Assembly (NCBI GenBank): GCA_051875915.1
Contig: JBJEHI010000024.1
Span: 243-64,242 of the forward strand
Direction of reading: 5' to 3'
Length of the DNA stretch: 64,000 bases
Source: Bacteroides sp.
Lineage (GTDB): Bacteria; Bacteroidota; Bacteroidia; Bacteroidales; Bacteroidaceae
Shown here piece after piece: positions 38,515 to 47,206 of the stretch. The position numbers and the translations under genes were made by a program. The notes beneath the pieces are model-generated. The model was given only the letters and a program-made list of their open reading frames with translations, did not search any database and was not told the DNA's origin. How positions within the stretch are numbered: the first letter of the stretch is position 1; every line of letters starts with the position of its first letter.

Positions 38515-41500
38515 TTATATCTTTGTCAATTTAAGTATTTGATCAACAACTGGTAAGAAGAACAATGTATCTCCGTAAATCACGCTGTCGCTATTCTTCT
38601 CAACCACCTCTTTTTGGAAGTCTGTATTGATGGCATCCGTTACACCATCCGCAATTGATTCCTCAATGAGTGCCTTATTGATACCGCTCAATTCTTCCTC
38701 GCGTATTAGCAAATCCAGCATGGTGAGGTAATACCTGTTCAGTTTTTCAATCTCACTGACCAATCGTTCACGCAACCCATTCTCGAAAGCAAACTTCAAC
38801 TCTTTGACATCTTTATACTGCTTGTCATCGACTCCCATAAAATAATACGTCTCGGCCCGCTGCGCCGTTTCCTCCCTGAAAAGTCCGCCATAGCATGTGC
38901 TCTCTTTACGATCTTCAGGCAAAATAATCTGCAAGTTTCCGTGATTAGGAAACTCTTGGTCTAATATGACATTTGCCAAACGCACCAACACACTACGGTC
39001 GTTATTCAAAAAGCCGTCAATATACTTACTTCCATTTCCTGAGAACAAGATTGTCTGAGGACATTGCATTCCCTTCGATTGCATCATCTTGGATAGATAA
39101 TAGATGATAGAAGCGTAGTGATACAAAAAGACCGGCTTGAAGTTCCGTTTTAGATGAGTGATTACGTGACTATCGCGTTCGTTGTCTATCCAGAAATTGA
39201 TGATATCCTTCGTTGAACATCCCGCTTTATCAGACTTCATGTAATCATTCAGTCGGGAAAGGTCGGCATTTTCTGCAAAGGTTATGACATCCTTCAGCTG
39301 GCTGAAGATACCATTCTCCTTGGCATCTTCAAACTGATTATATCCATTTCCCCACAAAACGTCGCATCCAAAATGTACTGAGTTAGCAAAGAGCGGTGTG
39401 TTATTGTTAAAGCACACCAAATCTGTAGAGCCGCCACCGATATCAATAAGAGCTACTGATTCAATCGCTTTAAATACACCTTTCTGCGAATAGTAATAGT
39501 ATGGAGCTTCCGATTCCGAATAACACACGACTTGCGAAGCCGGAATGCCAAGAATTTCAGATGATGCGGTCTTCCATATATCCTCAAACACATCCCTTAA
39601 GCTTCCTTTAAAACTCAATGGGCGGAACCATACAATCTTAGTCCGACTGATATCAACCTGTTCCTGAAGCATATCGTACTTAATCAGCATCAACAATTCA
39701 CGAATGAATGAATCAATATTGTCATGCTTCTCTTCGTTCCACTTTATATTGGTTTCCACTGTATTATTGCCCACCACTTTCTTCTTGCCGTATGAGAAGG
39801 CAATATTGCAATTGTCAAATAGGGAATGTCTGGAGTATGAGCTTTGCGATTTACTTAAAGCCGTACGCAACGGGAAACGATACCGCTTGCCATCAATGTA
39901 GGGAGGAATGAATTCCGAGAAAAAGTATTCCATCGCTTCCGGATGTGGTCCTTCTTCCCAACGATTAATTGCTTCCTTCTGCTGAACCGGCGATTTTTGG
40001 TGCAGATAGCTCATGATTGGCTTATCCATCTTAAGCTGCTCTGGCTCTTGCAACTTGGCGGTCAACTCTCTGCGCGAGATGAAGGTGTTGGATGTACCAA
40101 AGTCTATGGCATATACAAACGATCTTTTAGAGACATCACTCTCAACCCATTTCGGTTGAATCACACCAACATAATCTTTACCTTCCAGTTTTATTTTCAG
40201 ATAGATAAAATCAAAAGAGGTACCGAACAGTTCATAGTACTTCGTGGAGTATTCTCCCTCTTCTTGCTGTGAACTGCGTACAACAGGTGGCTTGACACCT
40301 AATTCGTATGTATTATCCGATGCCTCTACCATTGCCACATAACCGTCCCCGCTCTGCTTATAGAACGTACAATTGGCATCCGAAATATCGAATGTTCGTC
40401 TGCGATTACAATCGGCCGCCACAATCATTAGTTTATAGTACTGGTTCAGCTTGTCATCCGCAGCCTTGATATTGGGGAATAGTCCCATATCAAGATAGAT
40501 GCCCTGTTTTTCCAGGTCAAAAATCCTTCCCTGCTCAGGCTTAGTGGGATAACCAACATACTCTTTTGAGTATTCCCGACCACGAAGCGTCAAGGTAACT
40601 TTCACCTTGTCGAGACCTGGCTTATACGACACCTTCAATTGATTCATATCCAGTCCATCCAACGATGCCTCGGAAAGCGGGAGTAAATAAGCGAAATCAT
40701 TCTTTTCGTCAAGAGGATAAACGACGAAGTTCTCTTCTGACATTCGATAAGGTAACTTGATGATAGAATCAGACAGATAATCCCCTACCTCATCGTTGTA
40801 GCATATAGATAAGCCATTGACAACAAGATCTTCATTATCTATGCTTTGACAAGACGCGAGCTTCAGCTGATAGTCATTACGGATATCAGAATCATGGGCA
40901 AAAGATTTGATATAATCACGAAGATACTCCAACCCTTCATTTGAGCTTCGGCTAAACAATTGGGACATATAGTTCTTGAACTCTACAGAACGGTCTTGGA
41001 ACAATTTCCGTTCCTTAAAATAGAGCCCCTTATTGTCTTTTCTCCTGATAGTTGGCAAATTATCATAGCGATGGCCAATAAAGCAATACTCCCCATTCCT
41101 GCTTATTTTATCCAAATCAGGAGGCGTAATAAAGCCGGTCATAGGCGAACTGATGCCAAGCAGATAGTCTTTCCCAGCAGATTCCAGTATAATAAAGTAC
41201 AGTATGGATGTCTGTGAGCCAAGGTCGCTATCAAAATACTTTTGTAAAGCATTCTCCAGTATAGGCATCTTTCCCTTCAGATTCTTCAAGCCGTCCTCTC
41301 TATTCCACTCTTTGATGACAATCTTTTCATTCTTCATTTGATGAAAACGCAGGTTGAAAAGCAGCTCAAACACATCGAGGCAATCAGAGACCAACCACTC
41401 ATAAGCTAATCCGGCTTCATTTGATGAGTCACGTCTTTGGTCCAATAATCTGCGGAAAGCTTCTCTGACTACAAAGAAACGTGCAAAGGGAGTAGGCAGA

Positions 41501-41637
41501 GCATTCAACGCGCTGCTATTATCCGTCTTGTCCTCAGAAACTTCACTTAATTTAGCCTGATCTATTTTTCCCTTTTCAGCACTCCATTCGCTACCTGCTG
41601 TTCCTCTGCTAACTATACTTAAATCTATGGCACTCAT
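38515..41637 (-). CDS. Large protein with C-terminal actin/Hsp70-fold ATPase
   Basis: YAIDFGTSNT (phosphate-1), SESEA (connect-1), LIDIGGGSTD (phosphate-2), FSGNGS (adenosine); ~500-aa unassigned N-terminus. Confidence 0.8.
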   Translation of the reverse strand: MSAIDLSIVSRGTAGSEWSAEKGKIDQAKLSEVSEDKTDNSSALNALPTPFARFFVVREAFRRLLDQRRDSSNEAGLAYEWLVSDCLDVFELLFNLRFHQMKNEKIVIKEWNREDGLKNLKGKMPILENALQKYFDSDLGSQTSILYFIILESAGKDYLLGISSPMTGFITPPDLDKISRNGEYCFIGHRYDNLPTIRRKDNKGLYFKERKLFQDRSVEFKNYMSQLFSRSSNEGLEYLRDYIKSFAHDSDIRNDYQLKLASCQSIDNEDLVVNGLSICYNDEVGDYLSDSIIKLPYRMSEENFVVYPLDEKNDFAYLLPLSEASLDGLDMNQLKVSYKPGLDKVKVTLTLRGREYSKEYVGYPTKPEQGRIFDLEKQGIYLDMGLFPNIKAADDKLNQYYKLMIVAADCNRRRTFDISDANCTFYKQSGDGYVAMVEASDNTYELGVKPPVVRSSQQEEGEYSTKYYELFGTSFDFIYLKIKLEGKDYVGVIQPKWVESDVSKRSFVYAIDFGTSNTFISRRELTAKLQEPEQLKMDKPIMSYLHQKSPVQQKEAINRWEEGPHPEAMEYFFSEFIPPYIDGKRYRFPLRTALSKSQSSYSRHSLFDNCNIAFSYGKKKVVGNNTVETNIKWNEEKHDNIDSFIRELLMLIKYDMLQEQVDISRTKIVWFRPLSFKGSLRDVFEDIWKTASSEILGIPASQVVCYSESEAPYYYYSQKGVFKAIESVALIDIGGGSTDLVCFNNNTPLFANSVHFGCDVLWGNGYNQFEDAKENGIFSQLKDVITFAENADLSRLNDYMKSDKAGCSTKDIINFWIDNERDSHVITHLKRNFKPVFLYHYASIIYYLSKMMQSKGMQCPQTILFSGNGSKYIDGFLNNDRSVLVRLANVILDQEFPNHGNLQIILPEDRKESTCYGGLFREETAQRAETYYFMGVDDKQYKDVKELKFAFENGLRERLVSEIEKLNRYYLTMLDLLIREEELSGINKALIEESIADGVTDAINTDFQKEVVEKNSDSVIYGDTLFFLPVVDQILKLTKI

Positions 41638-43040
41638 GATTCAAATCCTTTGATTATTGTTCCTGTATATTTTTCGATAGTCTGATATGCGGTCTCCATG
41701 AGGTGACGCAACCGCAAATCGCAGTTGCGTGCTTTGTCTCTTTGGCTGAAGTTGATCATATCAAGCACATAATGACGTTTATCCCCCTCGATAGACAAAC
41801 CTCGCACAGGGTCTATCATATTGTCGTGAATGTTTAAGGGAGCGAAGCCTCGTTCGTTATCAGCCATCTGACCATACCAAATAGAAAAGCGGTTCAAGAA
41901 GTTTTTCAAATCTGTATATGGCTCTGTAGAGAAAAATCTTTCATCCAAGCGCCATCGGGAACTCTTCAGAGGCGAATGATGTTCTTGTTCCCAAAAAGCA
42001 AGCAACTCCTTAAACAGCATCATATCCGCAAGACACTTTACGATAGGTTTATATCCGTCACCTGCCGAAGCCACATCCAGTACCTCTTTGTCATCTCTAA
42101 TTGCCCTCGTCATGTATTGAGTCGTGTTCTGTCGCTTCTGCTGCAAGAAATCGAATAAGGCAGAAGCCGCCACCAGCTCGATGAAATGAGCAGGGTCTTC
42201 CTGTTCTTGTTCGTTATTCTTATATGACTTGCGCAGTTTCTGTTCACCTACATAATACAGATAGTCTGACAATACATTGTCAGCATAGTATGCCAATGCC
42301 GCCTTGGTTTTAGTCAGGAAGTTGGCTGAATCTATCGAACTGCCTGTTGTAGTAGGGTCGTCCAGTGCGAAATAGGGGAAAACTGTGACTGCACCCATCA
42401 TGGCTGCCTTTAGTTTTGGACAACCGCTACAGCTACGAATACTCTTTTCCAGAAGAGGATAGCCCGAAGCACCCGTACCTCCAAAGATAGAACTGATAAT
42501 GAAGATCCTGTCATTCTCATCGAACTGCCGTTTTAATCCTTCAAACTCATCGGCACCTTGTATCATATTTCCTAAGACCACTGTCCCCACGTTAGGGTTT
42601 CCTTTGAAGCCTACCGATAATTTATTGTTCAAGTTGGCCTCAGAATAGAGTGCTTGAATAAGGTATTGGTTCAGGTCGTCATCATCCAGTGCTCCCATCC
42701 CTATATATTCTCTGAAAGCTCTATTGTCAGCCATCGTAGAGCTGGTGGGATTCTGTTGGTCATCCAATTCCTGCAAAGTCACAATACGGGTGTTCCAGAA
42801 TCCATCCAACGAGTTATCCTTATTCTCCGTCTTTTCGCCTACCGTGGCATTATAAATCTTTTGATAGCTGGCTATCAAAGCATCCAGTTCGGTTTTCTCT
42901 TTCAAGTCCTGATGAGGGTCTATGACAATAGGCACAATTTGATAGCCATTGGTCTTAAGACCTGATGCAAGCAGCATAATGATTGACTTCATCACACGAA
43001 GCCCGGTACCACCTATACAAAATACAAATACTCTATTCAT
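41634..43040 (-). CDS. Divergent FtsZ/tubulin-superfamily GTPase
   Basis: FCIGGTG (T1), GFKGNPNVG (T3, cf. FtsZ GAGANPEVG), SIFGGTGASG (T4 signature), VTVFPYF (T5). Confidence 0.85.
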   Translation of the reverse strand: MNRVFVFCIGGTGLRVMKSIIMLLASGLKTNGYQIVPIVIDPHQDLKEKTELDALIASYQKIYNATVGEKTENKDNSLDGFWNTRIVTLQELDDQQNPTSSTMADNRAFREYIGMGALDDDDLNQYLIQALYSEANLNNKLSVGFKGNPNVGTVVLGNMIQGADEFEGLKRQFDENDRIFIISSIFGGTGASGYPLLEKSIRSCSGCPKLKAAMMGAVTVFPYFALDDPTTTGSSIDSANFLTKTKAALAYYADNVLSDYLYYVGEQKLRKSYKNNEQEQEDPAHFIELVAASALFDFLQQKRQNTTQYMTRAIRDDKEVLDVASAGDGYKPIVKCLADMMLFKELLAFWEQEHHSPLKSSRWRLDERFFSTEPYTDLKNFLNRFSIWYGQMADNERGFAPLNIHDNMIDPVRGLSIEGDKRHYVLDMINFSQRDKARNCDLRLRHLMETAYQTIEKYTGTIIKGFES

Positions 43041-43042
43041 AA

Positions 43043-43471
43043 TCAATGTCCGATTTTAAAACAACGATAAGCATTGGTGGGCAAAAATTGGCACCACGCC
43101 CAAGAAGCGACAAAAGATGTGATGATGTATAAAACCACATTAGCCCAGTACAACCTCCATCCTATGCGTTCAATCTCTCCGAACCAAACCGTTCCCAATT
43201 CTTGTAGAGCCCAAATCCAAGCAACAGCTGTCATTACAACAAAGAAAGCAAACATCCAGCCGAACCAATGTCTCACTCTGTAATGATATCCCCAAAAACA
43301 GCATCTGGTATAAAGTCCATAATAGAGAAACACGGGTAACAGAGCACATAGCAAACAGGACGCAAACAGTTTTTCTTCACAAGTTAACAAGATGACATCA
43401 AAGCCTTCATTCTCATTGATTAAATCCATGATATTATCCGGCAAAAACAAGTTGTAGTATTCTTCTATCAT
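43043..43471 (-). CDS. Small multi-pass membrane protein
   Basis: About three hydrophobic, Trp/Cys-rich segments; tightly spaced within the operon. Confidence 0.75.
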   Translation of the reverse strand: MIEEYYNLFLPDNIMDLINENEGFDVILLTCEEKLFASCLLCALLPVFLYYGLYTRCCFWGYHYRVRHWFGWMFAFFVVMTAVAWIWALQELGTVWFGEIERIGWRLYWANVVLYIITSFVASWAWCQFLPTNAYRCFKIGH

Positions 43472-43483
43472 AATTGTCTTTGA

Positions 43484-44770
43484 TTATTTCGCTGTTGATA
43501 TTAATATTCTGTTTGGAGTCTTGCTACAAAAGTTAGATTTTCCAGAAGACATTCCACCAATGAAGTTCTCAATTGAGAACGATTTATTCAGGTATGAGTC
43601 CGAAGGAGCCCCGAAAAATGACTGGAATGCGCTCGATATAAGTCCTTCCGGAACCACTATATTCCATTCAATCACATCGCCTTTTTGGGGCAATCTACTG
43701 ATTTCAACAGTAACAATTGCTTTCGCACGACGTTTCAATGATTTGTCAGCATGATTGTCTATCTCGTATTCAATGGATTCCACTTCTACCGAACTTCCTA
43801 CCGTACTCTGAAACTCTATAGCATTCCGAAGTACCTCTTCATCTTCCATAAACCAAGGATAGCCGGTAATGTCAATTTCGATATCAACATAACAGGCACC
43901 CTGATACTGTTTGCTTCTTCTATTCACACTGTAGATGGTTGGCTCGTCTTTCCATTTTCTACCATTTTTCACCTTGCCTAACCGATAATTGGGACTGCCG
44001 TAATCAAACCCATATTCCACCGCATCCACATAGCGACCTTTGTCATTAAGCAACGTTGCGATACAGTTCCGTAGCCATGTCACTTGCTGAGGTTTTCCTA
44101 TGACAAGGTAGTAATAGGGTGATTTTGCTTCTATTTCTACACCTTTTTTATCCAGATAATTAGAAGTGGCAGCTATCAATGCAAAAGCAGCCTCTGTGTT
44201 CATCACTAAATTACGAATATCCGTAGAATATTGAGTCAGAAGAACATCCATAGCCTTTATACCTTCGGGGCTGTATTTCATGTCAGACACCAATACGGCT
44301 GCCTCCCCATTGTTACAGTCCAAGTCCTCGATAATGTAACGAAGCATATCGGGAACCATTGTAGATCTTGATGAATTAAGCTGACCACTATTCATTGCAT
44401 TCCGAAACTTCTGCAAATCGAATGACTTTATATTTTTATCATCAAATGCAGTGACTGTATTTGCAAACTTGTCAAAGTCTGAAAAGATATTCCATACATC
44501 TTCCTTGAACAGGGTAGCTTTATTGGAACGAAAGAAACCGTTCATGCTTCCCGAAGATTCAACATAAAGTTTCAATGTAGAGCATCGTTCTTCCCGAAAA
44601 TGAGAACAGGTAGAATCCGATTTAAGACGACCATCGGCAGTAAAATATGGGCTCCCAATGAGATTTATCTTTCGCTTTTTTTCTCCACCAATACAGGCTG
44701 TCAGAGTGAAAACTATCACCAATGCCGACAATAGCAATAAAAAGAATTTTGGTGTTCGAGTTTTAGTCAT
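43484..44770 (-). CDS. Lipoprotein with vWA-like domain
   Basis: Signal II MTKTRTPKFFLLLLSALVIVFTLTA-C; LYVESSGSM (MIDAS-like) and VLVSD. Confidence 0.7.
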   Translation of the reverse strand: MTKTRTPKFFLLLLSALVIVFTLTACIGGEKKRKINLIGSPYFTADGRLKSDSTCSHFREERCSTLKLYVESSGSMNGFFRSNKATLFKEDVWNIFSDFDKFANTVTAFDDKNIKSFDLQKFRNAMNSGQLNSSRSTMVPDMLRYIIEDLDCNNGEAAVLVSDMKYSPEGIKAMDVLLTQYSTDIRNLVMNTEAAFALIAATSNYLDKKGVEIEAKSPYYYLVIGKPQQVTWLRNCIATLLNDKGRYVDAVEYGFDYGSPNYRLGKVKNGRKWKDEPTIYSVNRRSKQYQGACYVDIEIDITGYPWFMEDEEVLRNAIEFQSTVGSSVEVESIEYEIDNHADKSLKRRAKAIVTVEISRLPQKGDVIEWNIVVPEGLISSAFQSFFGAPSDSYLNKSFSIENFIGGMSSGKSNFCSKTPNRILISTAK

Positions 44771-44842
44771 GGTAAAACGATTACTAAGGTTCCACCGTTC
44801 CCCATGGCAGACATTATTCAACTAATCTTATCCTGTATATAT

Positions 44843-45070
44843 AAAAAAGAAGCGTGGGGAATCTGTACCTGTTACTCGTCCCACGCATAGAGGCTCTCGC
44901 ATTGCCCACCAGTCTGAACGAGCAACGCCGATAGCCCACGCCGATATGTATAGTCAACATAGCATACTTGTTTGGTGCAAGTACACTACGGCTAAAACAT
45001 ATCCCGCAGACATCTACCGTTGCTTTGCTTCTGACTGGTTTTAAAGAATTTGCGAGATTCCTATGCGTCA
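44843..45070 (-). ncRNA. Structured 5' leader / putative attenuator of the six-gene operon
   Basis: Nested long-range complementarities plus an alternative GCGTGGG/CCCACGC terminator-like stem followed by a U-rich tract (see findings). Confidence 0.6.
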
Positions 45071-45179
45071 AAAAGACAAAACGTAAAAGTAAACGTCCTT
45101 CTTTATATATGTCGGTTTCCACCCATCCCCTTATGCAACCCCTCTTACGAAGAGCGGCTATCGGCAGATGAAAACTGTG

Positions 45180-45187
45180 CAAATATA
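45180..45187 (-). promoter_or_regulatory. -7 promoter element for the island operon
   Basis: Minus strand TATATTTGCAC matches the TAnnTTTG consensus. Confidence 0.6.
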
Positions 45188-45692
45188 GTAATTGTTTTAT
45201 GGAAATACACTATCTGACAATTATTTTTATAGGCTTTTGGCACGACTCTTTCATTAAAGACACAATCAAAGATATAGTGTCCCTTACCCGATGCGCAGGC
45301 AAAACGAGTATTTTTTCATGTTGTATATAAGCAATTTATCTGTTTCTAAAAATCTTACTTCCTTATGTTTGTAGTATGAAGTGAATGAGTTACGTAAAGC
45401 TCATTGGGACGTATCTCATAAGTTCAGCCATGTCTTTTCTTCTGTCGGTTCTCTTTTTACTCAGTCGTTTTCTGATCGAGAATAAAGTAGATTATTCTTT
45501 GGATTGCATCGAGATTGCATGCCGAGCTCTATCAGGGAATCGACTTCCTTCTCCCTAATCTTGTCAATAATGTCTTTCCGTATGCGTAGGAAGAAATTGC
45601 ATGATTCAAAAATTATGGATTAGTCCGAAAAGTCGGTTGTATTGAAGTGAAACTGTTCAAGAAAGTATGTCAGAACTCAGATTGTCCATCGA

Positions 45693-45767
45693 GTCTGTAG
45701 GGCGGACACACAAATCCGCCCTACAGACTGCGGCTTGTGTATCCGGGCAGACACATAGCTCTGCCCC
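45693..45767. repeat. REP-like palindromes at the island edge
   Basis: GTCTGTAGGGCGGA-8 nt-TCCGCCCTACAGAC (perfect 14-bp arms) and GGGCAGA...TCTGCCC. Confidence 0.75.
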
Positions 45768-45903
45768 AGTCTTCGTCTTTGGTAGCCGTTTGGACTTTTG
45801 CAGGAAGCAAAATGTAAGGAACGTTTACTATGTCCGATTCTCTGCTGAAAGAAAAATTTTAACACCCATAAGTGCCTGGTTATCAATCTGTTAAGATGGC
45901 CAA

Positions 45904-45990
45904 CATTCAGTCGTATTCTGAATGTGTTTCATGATACGACTGAATGGCATTCATGATACGACTGAATGTATTTCATGATACGACTGAATG
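45904..45990. repeat. 22-bp-period tandem repeat x3 plus inverted partial copy
   Basis: TTCATGATACGACTGAATG at 45928, 45950 and 45972; CATTCAGTCGTAT at 45904. Confidence 0.9.
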
Positions 45991-46363
45991 ATGCTCCCCT
46001 TAGGAGTGCCCCTCTGAGGGTCCCTTTTTGTCCGAAATGATTACTATTCTTTCTTTCAGCTGTGATGTTTTGCTATCAACATTCATATTGCCTATCCTAT
46101 TGTCATCCTGAGTCCCCATTACACTTTGTGTGAAACCATCCGATGATAACATTGTAGGGGCGATAGGCGAATGGCTTTTGGCACCCTCTTGGCAACATAC
46201 TTTTCGGACTGACCCAAAATTATTTGTAATTCTGTGGAGCATACAGAAACCTATACGCACCATGCACATGGCGAATGAGCCTGTACATGGTGCGTATACC
46301 ATCTTCGCTACGATTCTCCGGCATGACAGCCGGAGAGCAAAGGGTCGTGTCGGGGAGAATCTA

Positions 46364-47188
46364 TTAAATCACTTCGATGGCCTCGGCGGGCACCCACCCT
46401 ACCTTGCCGTCTTCCAGCCGAATCTCCTTCCATTGGCGCATGGAGCCGTCCTTCACCTCTACCTTGTGACCTTCGTGCAGAATGAAGAGGCTGGTACCCG
46501 ACTCGCTGGGGGTGCTACGCACCGTCACGCTGGGCTGCAGGACAATGGCATCGTTGCGATGAACCAACGACGACTTCTGCTGGGCAGCAAACAGGTTGCA
46601 AAGCACGGTCAGCAGCAGGAAGAAGAGTCCGGCAAAGAATCCGCTCTTCTTCCACACCGCACGTTTGGTAAAGAAGAAGAGCGCACATGCTGCCAGCAAC
46701 AGCCAGAAGCTGAGGAAGCCACCGACGGCCCAAGCATCTGCGCTCAAGCAGTTGATGAGCGACTTGATCCAAGAGACAAAGAAAATCTCCGGAACGGGCA
46801 CTACCTTGTCCACCGTCTTGGCACGGGCTATCTCCAGATTGGCACGGATGTCGCCGTTGCCGGGCTGCAGCAGCAGGGCACGTTCGTAGTTCAGGATAGC
46901 CTTGGCTATCTCGTCCATCTTGTAATAGCTGTTTCCCAGATTATAATAGAGTTCGGCAGCCTCGCCTTCACTCAACAACGTTTCATAAATCTGTATGGCC
47001 GATGCGTAGTCGTTGCGCATATAGGCACTGTCGCCCTGGGCTTTTGTCACCTGATCGGAGAGAGAGCCCAACGGTGCGCTCACTGCCTCCGAAGGGAGCG
47101 TTTCACCCGCAGCCACGGCCGTGGAATCTTGTGCGATGACATGCGCCGCAAGCAGCAGAGCCAATGTATATAACAGTATTCTTTTCAT
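46364..47188 (-). CDS. batE: BatE (TPR, TMs, SH3)
   Basis: YYNLGNSYYK TPR, C-terminal LHEG.KV...GKVGWV; last gene of the bat operon. Confidence 0.9.
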   Translation of the reverse strand: MKRILLYTLALLLAAHVIAQDSTAVAAGETLPSEAVSAPLGSLSDQVTKAQGDSAYMRNDYASAIQIYETLLSEGEAAELYYNLGNSYYKMDEIAKAILNYERALLLQPGNGDIRANLEIARAKTVDKVVPVPEIFFVSWIKSLINCLSADAWAVGGFLSFWLLLAACALFFFTKRAVWKKSGFFAGLFFLLLTVLCNLFAAQQKSSLVHRNDAIVLQPSVTVRSTPSESGTSLFILHEGHKVEVKDGSMRQWKEIRLEDGKVGWVPAEAIEVI

Positions 47189-47206
47189 CCTTGCGTCCTC
47201 CTCTCT

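Noticed and set aside
38515..43040. Housekeeping ftsA-ftsZ or dnaK
   Set aside because: No dcw context, divergent motifs, wrong sizes and no DnaK substrate-binding domain.
44814..45182. 122-aa ORF upstream of the operon
   Set aside because: Its TTG start lies inside the promoter element, it has no motifs, and the region is better explained as structured RNA; a short leader peptide is not excluded.
45460..45610. Minus-strand coding-like fragment (FLRIRKDIIDKIREKEVDSLIELG)
   Set aside because: No start codon and no recognisable family; at most a gene remnant.
45904..45990. CRISPR mini-array
   Set aside because: Spacers are only 3 nt and there are no cas genes; it is a tandem repeat.
35370..46363. 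att direct repeats or integrase bounding the island
   Set aside because: By eye I found no copy of the rlmH 3' end at the far border and no recombinase ORF.
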